A stretch of DNA of 32,486 nt from Pedosphaera sp. Lineage in GTDB: Bacteria; Verrucomicrobiota; Verrucomicrobiia; Limisphaerales; SIBH01. Numbering within the stretch: the first letter of the stretch is position 1; the number at the start of each line of letters is the position of its first letter. This document shows positions 1 through 8,743 of this stretch, in pieces. The DNA is taken from NCBI GenBank assembly GCA_031414955.1, contig JANOQV010000281.1, positions 1 through 32,486 on the forward strand. Reading direction: 5' to 3'. The notes beneath the pieces are model-generated. The model did not search any database. It was not told the origin of the DNA and saw only the letters and a list, made by a program, of their open reading frames with translations. Both the position numbers and the translations under genes were made by a program.

Positions 1-20
1 AGAGGGCCGGGGTGAGGGGA
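1..20. repeat. Partial REP-like element (AGAGGGCCGGGGTGAGGGGA), truncated by the window edge
   Basis: The reverse complement CCCCTCACCCCGGCCCTCT matches a purine/pyrimidine-polarised palindromic repeat type I recall as common in PVC and other GC-rich genomes. The partner arm lies outside the window. Confidence 0.5.
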
Positions 21-146
21 AACGCGATGATATGGCACAAGAGAGCTTCATAACTGCTTCTTCGGTCGCCGTTTTCATCGGAAGCCAGAAAGAATCCGCC
101 AGCAGCGTCAGCACACGATGCCTCAGGTATGCGACTCGCGAATTCA

Positions 147-524
147 TCACGCGCCCGCCCTCCGATCAAACGGATCAATCCACGACAGCTTGGGTATCCA
201 CTGGAAATCCTCCTTGTCATGGGTCGCCAAGGTCAGTCCATGCACGAGCGCGGTAGCTGCGATAATAGCGTCGCCCAGTTTGAATTTACGCGCCTGACGC
301 AGTTCCGTGGCGCGCTTCAACACCGCGTCATCCACAGGCAACACTTTGGTGAACCGAAAAAACTCCTCGTATTCCACCTTCTGTTCCGGTTTCAGGCGCG
401 GAAAACCCAGCACCTCGGGATAGCTGATCGCCGACACAAACGAACGGTCGCTCTCCAGCAAGTCGCACAAGAAAGCGTGCTCTGGCTGGCTGGCGTAAAT
501 GATCAGGTTGCTGTCCAAAAGCAT
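147..524 (-). CDS. vapC: PIN-domain ribonuclease toxin (VapC family)
   Basis: Start MLLDSNLIIY at 524. The PIN acidic motifs are present: D4, SYPEVLG, KLGDAIIAATA, THDKEDF. Its ATG overlaps the upstream gene's stop (TGATG). Confidence 0.9.
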   Translation of the reverse strand: MLLDSNLIIYASQPEHAFLCDLLESDRSFVSAISYPEVLGFPRLKPEQKVEYEEFFRFTKVLPVDDAVLKRATELRQARKFKLGDAIIAATALVHGLTLATHDKEDFQWIPKLSWIDPFDRRAGA

Positions 525-793
525 CAGTCCTCCCGGCCCGGCATTTTTCGGTCTTCGCGCATCTCCCGCTGCCAAGCCACGGCATCCGGGATTTCAGGAA
601 CTCCGCCCGACGCGGCGATCCGGCGCAACGCGGCGATCCGGCGGCGGCGCATTTCGATTTCCACCGCGTCAGCCTCGTCGTCTGGAATCACCACCACCAC
701 TTCGGCGGGCTGGCCATTGACGAGCGACTTGGGCCGCTCGCCTTTCCATTCCAAGTGATCGTCCGTGAGAATTGCTTTGTATTCAGTCTGCAT
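524..793 (-). CDS. Putative antitoxin of the VapC toxin
   Basis: 89-aa ORF directly upstream of the PIN gene with a 1-nt overlap. It has an N-terminal beta-rich segment and a C-terminal DAVAWQREMREDR motif of the kind seen in PIN partners. Confidence 0.75.
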   Translation of the reverse strand: MQTEYKAILTDDHLEWKGERPKSLVNGQPAEVVVVIPDDEADAVEIEMRRRRIAALRRIAASGGVPEIPDAVAWQREMREDRKMPGRED

Positions 794-829
794 GGTTCAA
801 GCGTAGTTCATCCTCAGCGCAATAGTCAG
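794..829 (-). promoter_or_regulatory. Candidate sigma70 promoter for the TA pair, likely leaderless
   Basis: Minus strand reads CTGACT-N18-TACGCT-N6-ATG(793). No Shine-Dalgarno sequence. Confidence 0.4.
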
Positions 830-830
830 G

Positions 831-992
831 TCAGTTGTTGTGCGGCAGGCGGGGCGGCTGCGCCTGCTTCCGGCGGTTCACGACGAATAAAACGATGCCG
901 ACGATGAGCAGCGGAACAACAACCATCCCACCGATCACCACCACGATGAGCAGCAGTTCCCAGCCTCCGATGAATGCGGCGAGCGTGGTCAT
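831..992 (-). CDS. Small membrane protein, 53 aa (not in the ORF track)
   Basis: Hand translation MTTLAAFIGGWELLLIVVVIGGMVVVPLLIVGIVLFVVNRRKQAQPPRLPHNN*. Long hydrophobic stretch followed by RRK. ATGA overlap with the stop of the upstream gene at 989-991. Confidence 0.75.
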   Translation of the reverse strand: MTTLAAFIGGWELLLIVVVIGGMVVVPLLIVGIVLFVVNRRKQAQPPRLPHNN

Positions 993-1468
993 TTTTGCGT
1001 GAGTGCCTTCTGAATATTCGCGACCGCCTCATCAAGCGGGATGCAGGCCGGCCAGGTGGTCCGGGCATCGCGTCCGCTTCCATAGACGAGTGCCAGACCA
1101 AATCTGTGAGACGCCGTGTACGTATCGCCTGTGCGCCTGAGGCAAACCAACATGCGAGTCTTGGAAGCAAGCACCGCAGAAACGGGAGTTCCGGAAGAAA
1201 ACAACGGCTCACCAACCTCTTCTTGAATGCGAATGCTTTTGATCGGGTTGCCCTTCAAAATGCGCTCGACTGCCGCGTTGGCAATCACCGTAGTGACTTC
1301 CCGTTTTTCGATATTGGTCAGAACGCTTTTTTCAACATTCGTGACAGAAACGACGGCGACGACATCGGCATCGCGCAGGACGTCTGCGAGCGTTTGGCCC
1401 GGCGGCAATTGTCCACTAGTGGCACCGCTATAAACCATGACAGCGAGAAACATCAGTGTCGTTTTCAT
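989..1468 (-). CDS. Hypothetical secreted protein
   Basis: 159 aa with a signal-peptide-like N-terminus (MKTTLMFLAVMVYSGATSG). Starts 6 nt after the DUF1549 gene stop. Confidence 0.7.
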   Translation of the reverse strand: MKTTLMFLAVMVYSGATSGQLPPGQTLADVLRDADVVAVVSVTNVEKSVLTNIEKREVTTVIANAAVERILKGNPIKSIRIQEEVGEPLFSSGTPVSAVLASKTRMLVCLRRTGDTYTASHRFGLALVYGSGRDARTTWPACIPLDEAVANIQKALTQK

Positions 1469-1474
1469 AAACCC

Positions 1475-3931
1475 TCACCGGTTAAACACGAACGACGAGC
1501 TGTTGATCAGCGCCCACGTCAAATCCTGCGCCAGTTCGGGGCGTGACTTGGCGTTCGCGAAATCAATCGCGGCGACTTCCTTCTCGGTCGGAAAACGGTT
1601 CAGGCATGAGAGGTAAATTTCCTCGATCAGCTTTTTGTCGTCCTTCTCGGACTCGACGAGCTGGGCGATACGGCTCGTGGGCGAACTGACCGCTTCGCCG
1701 AGGGTCTGGCCGTTGATGAGGTTGAGCGCGTGCGAAAGGGTGAGGTTGCTGCTGCGCTCGCATTCGCAGGCGGACTGGCGCTTGGGCCGGCCGAAGAGCG
1801 CGAGGAAATCATTCCCCGCCACCGTGCCATCCGGGACTTCCACCGAGCGCATTCCGGTCGGCATGCCGGCGAACTGCGGGCGCACGCCCGTCGCCACGGC
1901 CACGGCGTCGAGCATCTGTTCCGCGCTCAGGCGGCGCGGCGCGGCGTGGGAGAAGTTGATCGTATCGTCCTCGTTCCACTTGTTGGGGATGATGGACAAC
2001 TGATAGGTGCGCGACCGGCAGATTGTCCGCATGAGCGCGCGGGTGTCGAAGTTGCTCTTGATAAACTCCGCCGTGAGCGCATCGAGCAGTGCGGGATTGC
2101 TCGGCGGATTGCCGCCGCGGATGTCGTCCACCGGATCGATGATGCCCTTGCCGAAGAAGTAGCTCCACACGCGGTTGGCCATGGACTTGGCGAAGAGCGG
2201 GTTGTCCTTCGAGGTCAGCCACTCGACGAACGGGTCGCGGCGATCCTCGTCGCCTTTCATCTCGCGCTCGCTGCCGAACGGCACCTTGGGCGCGACGACC
2301 ATCTCGGTCTTGAGATGCTTGACCTCGCCGCCGGTGAAGCTGCGATAAACGATCTCGTCGCCGGGCATCGCGCCTTTCTTGAAGGCCACGCGGGCGAAGT
2401 GCGCGCCGAACTCGTAATACTGGTCCTGGGTCCACCGCTCGAAGGGATGGTCGTGGCACTTGTTGCAGTTGAAACGCACGCCGAGGAAGGTCTGGCTCAC
2501 GTCCTCGGTGATCTTGCCCGGCTCCTTGAGCACGCGGTAGTAATTGACCGCCGGATTCTGGTAGGCGCTGCCCTCGGCCAGCAGCAGCGAGCGCACGAAC
2601 TGGTCGTAAGGCATGTTCTCCGCCACGCGCTTCTCGATCCACTCGCGATAAACCCACACGCCCTTCTGCCCGAGCTGCTCGCTGTTGCACTGGAGCAGGT
2701 CGGCCCACTTGCTGGCCCAGGCCTTCACGTAATCCGGGCTGCCGATCAGTTCGTCGATGAGCTTCTCGCGCTTCTCCTTGGTGGGCGTCGCGTCCGTGAG
2801 AAAAGCACGCACGCGGTCGGACTTCGGCGGTGAACCGGTGAGATCGAGCGACACGCGACGGATGAACTCGGCGTCCGTGCAAAGCTCGCTGGGCAGCGCC
2901 TTCACGCGGCGCAGCTTCGCGTTCACCAGCGGGTCAATGAAATTGTTCTCGGCCACATCCTTCCACTGGTAGCCGGTGCGGTCGCCCATGATGGTGAGCA
3001 ACTTCGCCACATAGATGCCCTCGAAGCGCACGAGAATGGCCGCCTCGCCCCGACGCAAACCTTTCACCTTCCCCTGCCCGTCCGCCTCCGCGACCTCGGT
3101 GTTGCTCACGCTGAAGTGCGCGTCGCGCGTCACGTCCCGCGTCGAACCATCAGGATACTTTGCGATGACCAGCAACTGTTGTTCACGCCCGGCCAGATCC
3201 ATCTCCACGTCGCCGGGCAGAACCTCGATGCTGGTGGCGCGGCCCGCCTTCAGCTCCTCGCCTTTCGCGCCCTGGGCGATCCAGTCGCGCAGCAGCCTGA
3301 ACTCGCGCGAGTCCGGCTTGATGGCCTGCCGCCCCTCGTGCGGCACCTCGGCGAGCGGCTTGAGCAGCATCAAACTTTCCTCGGGCTTGGCGCGGTTGAG
3401 ACGCCGGCCCGAGATGTCATTAACCAACGCCTGGTAATCGAAATCCGGATCGTAACCACGGAGCGAGAGCTTGAATCCATTCTTGCCCTTGGCCGAGCCG
3501 TGGCAGGTGCCGGCATTGCAGCCGAGCTTGGCCAGCACCGGCTGGATGTCGCGCACGAAGCGCACGTCCGGTGCATTGGTGCCTTCGACCGTCACGGCCA
3601 GCCGGGCCTTCTGGCCCGCCGCGCTCACGGAAATTTCCGCCGAACCTTGCTGCCGGGCGCGGATGTGACCGGCCACGATTTCGACCGAGGGCGATTCTGT
3701 CTTGAAGGAGGCGAGCGCAGTGAGGTCCACCGTGCCTTGGTCCGTCTTGCCGATCACCAGCACGCGACGTTCATCCCGCGCGTCTTTCAGCGTCAACTGC
3801 GCGGGGTGCAATTCAATGGATCGGATGGCGGGCAGCGGCGGTGCGATGAGAGCTGACGAGTCCTTCGGCACACCCGCGCCCCAGACGGCGAGCGGCGCGA
3901 ACATCAGCCAGAATTTTGCGTGTGACATCAT
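1475..3931 (-). CDS. DUF1549/DUF1553 (PSD1/planctomycete cytochrome-like) protein with Ig-like (Big_2-type) domains
   Basis: Motifs GCNAGTCHG, GFKLSLRGYD, FIRRVSLDLTG, FLGVRFNCNKCHDHPFERWTQ, NRVWSYFFGKGII, FGRPKRQSACECER, WALINS. Start uncertain (3931, 3928 or a later Met). Confidence 0.9.
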   Translation of the reverse strand: MMSHAKFWLMFAPLAVWGAGVPKDSSALIAPPLPAIRSIELHPAQLTLKDARDERRVLVIGKTDQGTVDLTALASFKTESPSVEIVAGHIRARQQGSAEISVSAAGQKARLAVTVEGTNAPDVRFVRDIQPVLAKLGCNAGTCHGSAKGKNGFKLSLRGYDPDFDYQALVNDISGRRLNRAKPEESLMLLKPLAEVPHEGRQAIKPDSREFRLLRDWIAQGAKGEELKAGRATSIEVLPGDVEMDLAGREQQLLVIAKYPDGSTRDVTRDAHFSVSNTEVAEADGQGKVKGLRRGEAAILVRFEGIYVAKLLTIMGDRTGYQWKDVAENNFIDPLVNAKLRRVKALPSELCTDAEFIRRVSLDLTGSPPKSDRVRAFLTDATPTKEKREKLIDELIGSPDYVKAWASKWADLLQCNSEQLGQKGVWVYREWIEKRVAENMPYDQFVRSLLLAEGSAYQNPAVNYYRVLKEPGKITEDVSQTFLGVRFNCNKCHDHPFERWTQDQYYEFGAHFARVAFKKGAMPGDEIVYRSFTGGEVKHLKTEMVVAPKVPFGSEREMKGDEDRRDPFVEWLTSKDNPLFAKSMANRVWSYFFGKGIIDPVDDIRGGNPPSNPALLDALTAEFIKSNFDTRALMRTICRSRTYQLSIIPNKWNEDDTINFSHAAPRRLSAEQMLDAVAVATGVRPQFAGMPTGMRSVEVPDGTVAGNDFLALFGRPKRQSACECERSSNLTLSHALNLINGQTLGEAVSSPTSRIAQLVESEKDDKKLIEEIYLSCLNRFPTEKEVAAIDFANAKSRPELAQDLTWALINSSSFVFNR

Positions 3932-4143
3932 AGCAAGCAACTCACGTGAACAGTCCAGAGCAGGACGAAACTGTTTCACGGGCGATGGCCGGAACCGTAA
4001 TTTTCACCCGCCAAGTCGGCAAGGCATTTCCCGGCGATTCAGGTCGTATCATGGGCTTGTTGTTCAGGTAAACTCGACGGGGAAATTGGCTGGTGGCTTC
4101 AATCTAATTCCCCCGGACGGACCATGGCGGCAGGCAACAGGCT

Positions 4144-4240
4144 GCGGGCCGTCCCGGCTCGCAGCCGGTCCGCCGCCCCATGACCTCTCCATTTCAGACG
4201 CGCCCCACCGTCCAAGCCCCAGCGAGCCGGGACAGCTCGC
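4144..4240. repeat. Inverted pair of 19-bp hairpin (REP-like) units
   Basis: GCGGGCCGTCCCGGCTCGC (4144-4162) and the reverse complement of 4222-4240 match at 17/19 positions. Each unit is itself a hairpin. Spacer is 59 nt. Confidence 0.7.
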
Positions 4241-4334
4241 GAACCGGCCATCACGTCGGCCAGAAAACATCTTGAGCCTGCGCCGCATTTTGTGCCTCCT
4301 ATGCGGTTTCGTTCGCCGAACAAATCCGTCATTG

Positions 4335-5231
4335 ATGAAACATTTATTGAGTTTGGAGAAGCTGCCGCGCGCAGACATGGACGCCATCCTGGGCAGCGCT
4401 GCGGCCATCAAGAGCCAGCGCGGCAAGCAATCCCACCAGCCGCTGGCCGGCCAGACCTGGGCGCTGATCTTCACGAAGTCGTCCACGCGCACCCGGGTTT
4501 CTTTCGAGGTCGGCATCCGCGAACTGGGCGGCCAGGTCATGTTCCTGAATCCGAACGACATCCAGCTTGGACGCGGCGAACCGATCAAGGACACGGCGCG
4601 GGTGCTGGGCAGAATGATCCACGGCGCGGTCATCCGCACCTATGCGCAGAACGATGTGGAGGAGTTCGCCGCCTATGCGAAGATTCCCACGGTCAACGCG
4701 CTGACGGATGACGAGCATCCCTGCCAGGTGCTCACTGATATTTTCACCTTCCAGGAAAAGCGCGGGCCGATTCAGGGCAAGGTGGTGACCTTCATTGGTG
4801 ACGGCGCATGCAACATGCCGGCGTCGTGGATTTTTGCGGCGGCGAAACTGGGTTTTGAACTGCGCATCGCCGCGCCGAAGGGCTATCAACCAACGCCGGA
4901 GCTACTCAAGCGGGCTGGGGGCAAGATCATCGTGACCGACGACTTGAAATCGGCCGCTGCTAACGCTGATCTGCTCTACACCGACGTGTGGGTCTCGATG
5001 GGCAAGGAGACTGAGTCCGCCCAGCGCATCAACGAACTCACGGGCTACCAGATCAACGCGGCGCTGGTGAAGCTGGCCAAGCCCGGCGCGCTGATCATGC
5101 ACTGCCTGCCCGCTTATCGCGGCAAGGAGATCGACGAGGAGACTTTCGAGGCCAACGCGCCGACCATCTTCGACCAGGCCGAGAACCGGCTGCATGTGCA
5201 GAAGGCGATCTTGAACTGGATGGTGGCGTAA
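4335..5231 (+). CDS. argF: Ornithine carbamoyltransferase
   Basis: Start MKHLLSLEK at 4335. Motifs STRTRVSFE, HPCQ, YTDVWVSMG, MHCLP, QAENRLH. Confidence 0.95.
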   Translation: MKHLLSLEKLPRADMDAILGSAAAIKSQRGKQSHQPLAGQTWALIFTKSSTRTRVSFEVGIRELGGQVMFLNPNDIQLGRGEPIKDTARVLGRMIHGAVIRTYAQNDVEEFAAYAKIPTVNALTDDEHPCQVLTDIFTFQEKRGPIQGKVVTFIGDGACNMPASWIFAAAKLGFELRIAAPKGYQPTPELLKRAGGKIIVTDDLKSAAANADLLYTDVWVSMGKETESAQRINELTGYQINAALVKLAKPGALIMHCLPAYRGKEIDEETFEANAPTIFDQAENRLHVQKAILNWMVA

Positions 5232-5245
5232 GCAACGCCTGGGAG

Positions 5246-5308
5246 GAGACACGGATTTCACGGATTGGCTCCTTCTGCAGCCATGCTCATCGGTGAAATC
5301 CGTGTCTC
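5246..5308. repeat. Palindromic element with 9-bp periodic arms between convergent genes; may also act as a terminator
   Basis: Perfect 16-bp inverted repeat GAGACACGGATTTCAC (5246-5261) / GTGAAATCCGTGTCTC (5293-5308). The unit CACGGATTT repeats in tandem. Confidence 0.8.
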
Positions 5309-5360
5309 TCATTGGTATCCCTTCGGGTTGATTCCTCGGCCCGGCCCCAGCGGCAACTCC

Positions 5361-5774
5361 TCACCGCTTCCGGTCGTACCAATAAACTCCCACCGCCAGC
5401 TTCTCGTGCTTGAGCGCGGGGCTGCACAATGGATCCTTCTCGGAGAGGATGCGCGGCAAATAGACGCCGCGCTCGCCACTCGCGTCGCTCTCGAGGAGCA
5501 GATACGCGCCATCCGGTTCGGCCCACAACCCCAGCGGATGAAATGGGCGCGCTGTCTCCGGCCAGTTCGTGTCCGGAATTTTCTGCACGCCGCCGCGGGC
5601 GAAACTCTCCCGGCATACGGCGAGGATTTCCTGCCGAACTTTTTCCGCACCAACCTCGCCGACCGTGCGGCGTGCCTTGGAGACTTCACCACAAGAGGTC
5701 AGCAGGAGGAGCGTGAACAGCATGCTGGCGAAGCGAACGAGCACGCGATCGGTCACGCACCAGCGAAGTTTCAT
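5361..5774 (-). CDS. Hypothetical lipoprotein
   Basis: Hydrophobic stretch ending in a lipobox-like LTSC. ATGA overlap with the upstream gene. The start could instead be the internal Met (MLFTLLLL). Confidence 0.7.
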   Translation of the reverse strand: MKLRWCVTDRVLVRFASMLFTLLLLTSCGEVSKARRTVGEVGAEKVRQEILAVCRESFARGGVQKIPDTNWPETARPFHPLGLWAEPDGAYLLLESDASGERGVYLPRILSEKDPLCSPALKHEKLAVGVYWYDRKR

Positions 5775-7192
5775 TTCGGCCGCGGCGGCGCGGGTGTTTC
5801 CAGAGGCAGGTTCGCCGACTGCCGCAATCGCGCCTTGGCCTGCGCCGTGAGAGGACTCTGTTCGGAAAGCAAGGCCTCAACCACCTCGCGCTTGGCCTCG
5901 TCCACCGTGATCACCGCCAGGCGCTGGTCGCCCTTGTTGCGGCTGGTGTATGCGGCATAAAGCTCCCTGGCCCGCAGCATTAACCCGGCGGCGTCGTCGG
6001 GTCGATCATCAAGCGCGGCAAAGTAGGACTGCGTGACAAACCCCCGGATCAGCCCGCCGACCTTGTTCTGGCTTTGTTCCTGCGAAGCCTCCATGGCCCG
6101 GTTGACGGCGTACTCCGCCAGGGTTTCATCAACAGGCGCGGCGGCGGGGAATCGCTGGCGCAACATGCGCAGCCACTGCTCGGCCTCGGACATCCGGTTC
6201 ACGAGGAAGAATTGATACGGGGCGTCCTTCAGGAAATTCTTGTAAGCGTTCGCGACGCCGTTGGTGAGATGGTCCGGCGAATTGGCCAGTTGCTCGAGAT
6301 AAGCCGCATTCACCTTCGGGGCGATGGCGAGATTGGGGAGGAAGCGCAACGTGTTGGTCGTCCAGACGAGTTGACCGCGCTGGAAGGAAAGATTCATCGA
6401 CTGGTAAACCGCCGAGCGCAGCTTGCGTACATCGTCGTCCTTCTTGCACCGTTCCATACCGACACTGGCCCAGTAAATCGCGTGCGCCTCGGGCAGACGC
6501 CAGTCCAACGGACCATAGCGCTCGTGCAATATCTTCATGAACGCCGCATCCATCTTGTACTTCGTGCGCAGCAGGTCCGCCCGCTCTCGCTCCAGGTCGG
6601 TCTGGGGATTGGTGAGCTTTTCGAAATCCGGCCGGTAGTCGCCGAACACGTTCATCATGTCCCGCGCCCAGGAGAGTTTGTAGTGGAGGTGCCCGTCGTC
6701 CATGTTCTGGCCCATCTTGAACTGGAACATCCAGGCCAGATCGGAATACAGCCCCGGCTGGTCAGGGTTATAGCGCAGCGCATCGTCGCGCAGCAGCTCG
6801 AGGCCGCGCTGCACCCAGCGCCAGCGATCCTCGTACTCGGGAAATTTCACCGAGATGTTAAAGGCCATGTTCCAGGCCTGCACCGTCCAGACCGTGGTGA
6901 TGTGCGGCTCAAGCTTTGTAATCCAGTCGGCGAGCTGGACCATCTCGAAATACTTTCCTTCGTCCTGCATCTGCGAGGAGCGAATCCAAAGCGCGTTGGC
7001 GATCAGCCCGCGAAAGCCGCCGAGCACCTGCGTGGTGAGCGCGAGCATGGGCGGCGCATTCTCCAGCGGTTCGAGGCGCGTGATGCCGAGCGCGGCCCGC
7101 TGCCGGTTGATCACGGGCAGGAGGAAGCCGTTGGCCGCAAGCAACGCGGCGGCGAGGGCGAGGAGGAGAAATTTTTTAAAGCGCGAGTTCAT
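5771..7192 (-). CDS. Membrane-anchored alpha-helical (TPR-like) protein; resembles the PVC 'IRE-like' ABC-associated family
   Basis: Start MNSRFKKFLLL at 7192; the ORF-track extension upstream runs through a repeat. N-terminal TM segment. Block LGGFRGLIANALWIR...ITKLEPH...WNMAFNISV...RWRWVQRGLELLRD. Family name is from recall. Confidence 0.75.
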   Translation of the reverse strand: MNSRFKKFLLLALAAALLAANGFLLPVINRQRAALGITRLEPLENAPPMLALTTQVLGGFRGLIANALWIRSSQMQDEGKYFEMVQLADWITKLEPHITTVWTVQAWNMAFNISVKFPEYEDRWRWVQRGLELLRDDALRYNPDQPGLYSDLAWMFQFKMGQNMDDGHLHYKLSWARDMMNVFGDYRPDFEKLTNPQTDLERERADLLRTKYKMDAAFMKILHERYGPLDWRLPEAHAIYWASVGMERCKKDDDVRKLRSAVYQSMNLSFQRGQLVWTTNTLRFLPNLAIAPKVNAAYLEQLANSPDHLTNGVANAYKNFLKDAPYQFFLVNRMSEAEQWLRMLRQRFPAAAPVDETLAEYAVNRAMEASQEQSQNKVGGLIRGFVTQSYFAALDDRPDDAAGLMLRARELYAAYTSRNKGDQRLAVITVDEAKREVVEALLSEQSPLTAQAKARLRQSANLPLETPAPPRPK

Positions 7193-7214
7193 GCCAGGCA
7201 GCCCGCTTGGAATC

Positions 7215-7290
7215 GCCACAAAGAACGCAGAGAACACAAAGACGAAAAATCTTTGACTGCTCTCTCTGTGTTCTTTGCGTTCTCTGTGGC
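7215..7290. repeat. Palindromic element with 9-bp periodic arms
   Basis: GCCACAAAGAACGCAGAGAACACAAAGA (7215-7242) matches the reverse complement of 7263-7290 at 25/28 positions. Unit C(A/G)CA(A/G)AGAA. Confidence 0.85.
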
Positions 7291-7307
7291 CATAAACTTT
7301 TTCCTCC

Positions 7308-8681
7308 TCACGACTGAGTATTCCCCGCCGCCAGTTCCCGCCGGGTGAACATCGCGATGCCAAACACCGCCACCACCCCGCCGAGCAACAACACGATCTG
7401 CGCGAAGGCCAGGCCTACCATGCCCCAGTCCACGCTGCGCCCCGTGCTCAAGGCGTCGATCGGGGAAAAGCCTTCCACCAGTTTGAACAGCTCCAGCATT
7501 CCCTTGAAAAGCGGCACCAGCACGACATCCAGCATGGACCGGCCCGAGACCCCGGTTTCCTCGTCGGTGCCCATGATCGTGCCCGACTCGACCACCGAGG
7601 CCAGCGTGCCGCTCGACAAGGCCACCATCATCAGGCTCACCGAAACAAACGCCGCCACGGGAAACGACAGCAAACTGGCCGCCGCCAACCCGATGGCCGC
7701 CAGCAACGTCAGCCAGAAAAGAATGATGAGCAGCGCGCGAATGAAGTTCAACGCGAAGCCGCCCTCGCGATAGAGGATCTCGAAGCCATCCTCGTTTGGC
7801 ACCAGCAGCACCGTGCCGTCGCGGTTCTCCAGGTTCACCGTCAGCACGCCTTTCTCGTCCCAGAGGTTGGGTTCGATTTTGATCTCATGCACCGTGTTCG
7901 CGCTCAAGGAGAGGTATTGCCGATCGTGGCGAGGCGAATCCGGCGCGCCAACATCAAGCACGGTGCGATAAGTGCCAAGCTGGTTTGTGCTCGCGGCGTA
8001 GAATTTCACGCGCACAAAGAGCGGCTGGTCACGGAGGAGGTTCCGGCGTAACGCGAGATCAATTTGCCAGCGCCGCATCGTGTTCAGAGTCAACGGACTG
8101 ACTTTGAGCTGCTCGCGAATGATGTCCTTCGCCGCCTTGGCCGCCGCGGGATTGCTCACCGTCGCATCCTTGGTCTGCCGGAGGTAAATCTGCTCCACCT
8201 GAGCCTCAAGGTCGGCCTGCTTCTCCTTGAGCGAGCCGCGCGCCACGAAAATTTCCTCCCGCAATATCCGCTGTTGCGCCGACGGCAGCTCCGCCGCGCG
8301 AAACTTCAGCAAAAAGAAAATGCAGATCCCCGACACCGCCAGCAGCACGGCGTTGAGCGTCACCAACCCGAGCCATTTACCGAGCCAGACCTGCCAGCGA
8401 CCGATCGGTTTCACGCATACCATCTGCATCTGGTTTTCCTCGATGTCCCGCGCCAGCGTGCCGCACGAAAGCCAGAGCGTGGAAAGTCCGAGCAGCGCCG
8501 TCACGACGCTCAAGGTGTAAGTCAGCAGAATCTGCGTGAACCCGCGCGCCGTGCCGTCGTCCTTGATGACGATGGGCAGAATAACGACTGAGCCGATCAG
8601 CAGCACGGCCATGACCCAGAAAAGCCGGAACCGGAAGGCGGCTTTCCAGGTGAGGCCGGTGATGGCGAGAAGGCGTTGCAT
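7308..8681 (-). CDS. ABC-2-type transporter permease with a large extracytoplasmic loop
   Basis: Start MQRLLAITGLTWKAAFR. N-terminal TM helices, a DIEENQMQMVCVKPIGRWQVWLGKWLG motif, a long soluble central domain and C-terminal TM helices ending MFTRRELA. Confidence 0.85.
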   Translation of the reverse strand: MQRLLAITGLTWKAAFRFRLFWVMAVLLIGSVVILPIVIKDDGTARGFTQILLTYTLSVVTALLGLSTLWLSCGTLARDIEENQMQMVCVKPIGRWQVWLGKWLGLVTLNAVLLAVSGICIFFLLKFRAAELPSAQQRILREEIFVARGSLKEKQADLEAQVEQIYLRQTKDATVSNPAAAKAAKDIIREQLKVSPLTLNTMRRWQIDLALRRNLLRDQPLFVRVKFYAASTNQLGTYRTVLDVGAPDSPRHDRQYLSLSANTVHEIKIEPNLWDEKGVLTVNLENRDGTVLLVPNEDGFEILYREGGFALNFIRALLIILFWLTLLAAIGLAAASLLSFPVAAFVSVSLMMVALSSGTLASVVESGTIMGTDEETGVSGRSMLDVVLVPLFKGMLELFKLVEGFSPIDALSTGRSVDWGMVGLAFAQIVLLLGGVVAVFGIAMFTRRELAAGNTQS

Positions 8682-8743
8682 ATCAGGAGCGCGACGCACC
8701 GACGTCGCCGGGTCGCCTTAAACTTCCGAGCACGTAATCCGTT

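Noticed and set aside
831..992. Calling the microprotein tatA
   Set aside because: It lacks the FG hinge and amphipathic helix, the hydrophobic stretch is too long, and no tatC is nearby.
4061..4074. TGTTC-AGGT-AAACT as a verrucomicrobial LexA box (TGTTC-N4-GAACA)
   Set aside because: Two mismatches in the right half-site, and the flanking genes are not SOS genes.
3702..4334. 211-aa N-terminal extension of ArgF in the ORF track
   Set aside because: It overlaps the opposite-strand DUF1549 gene and repeat DNA. OTCase homology begins at MKHLLSL (4335).
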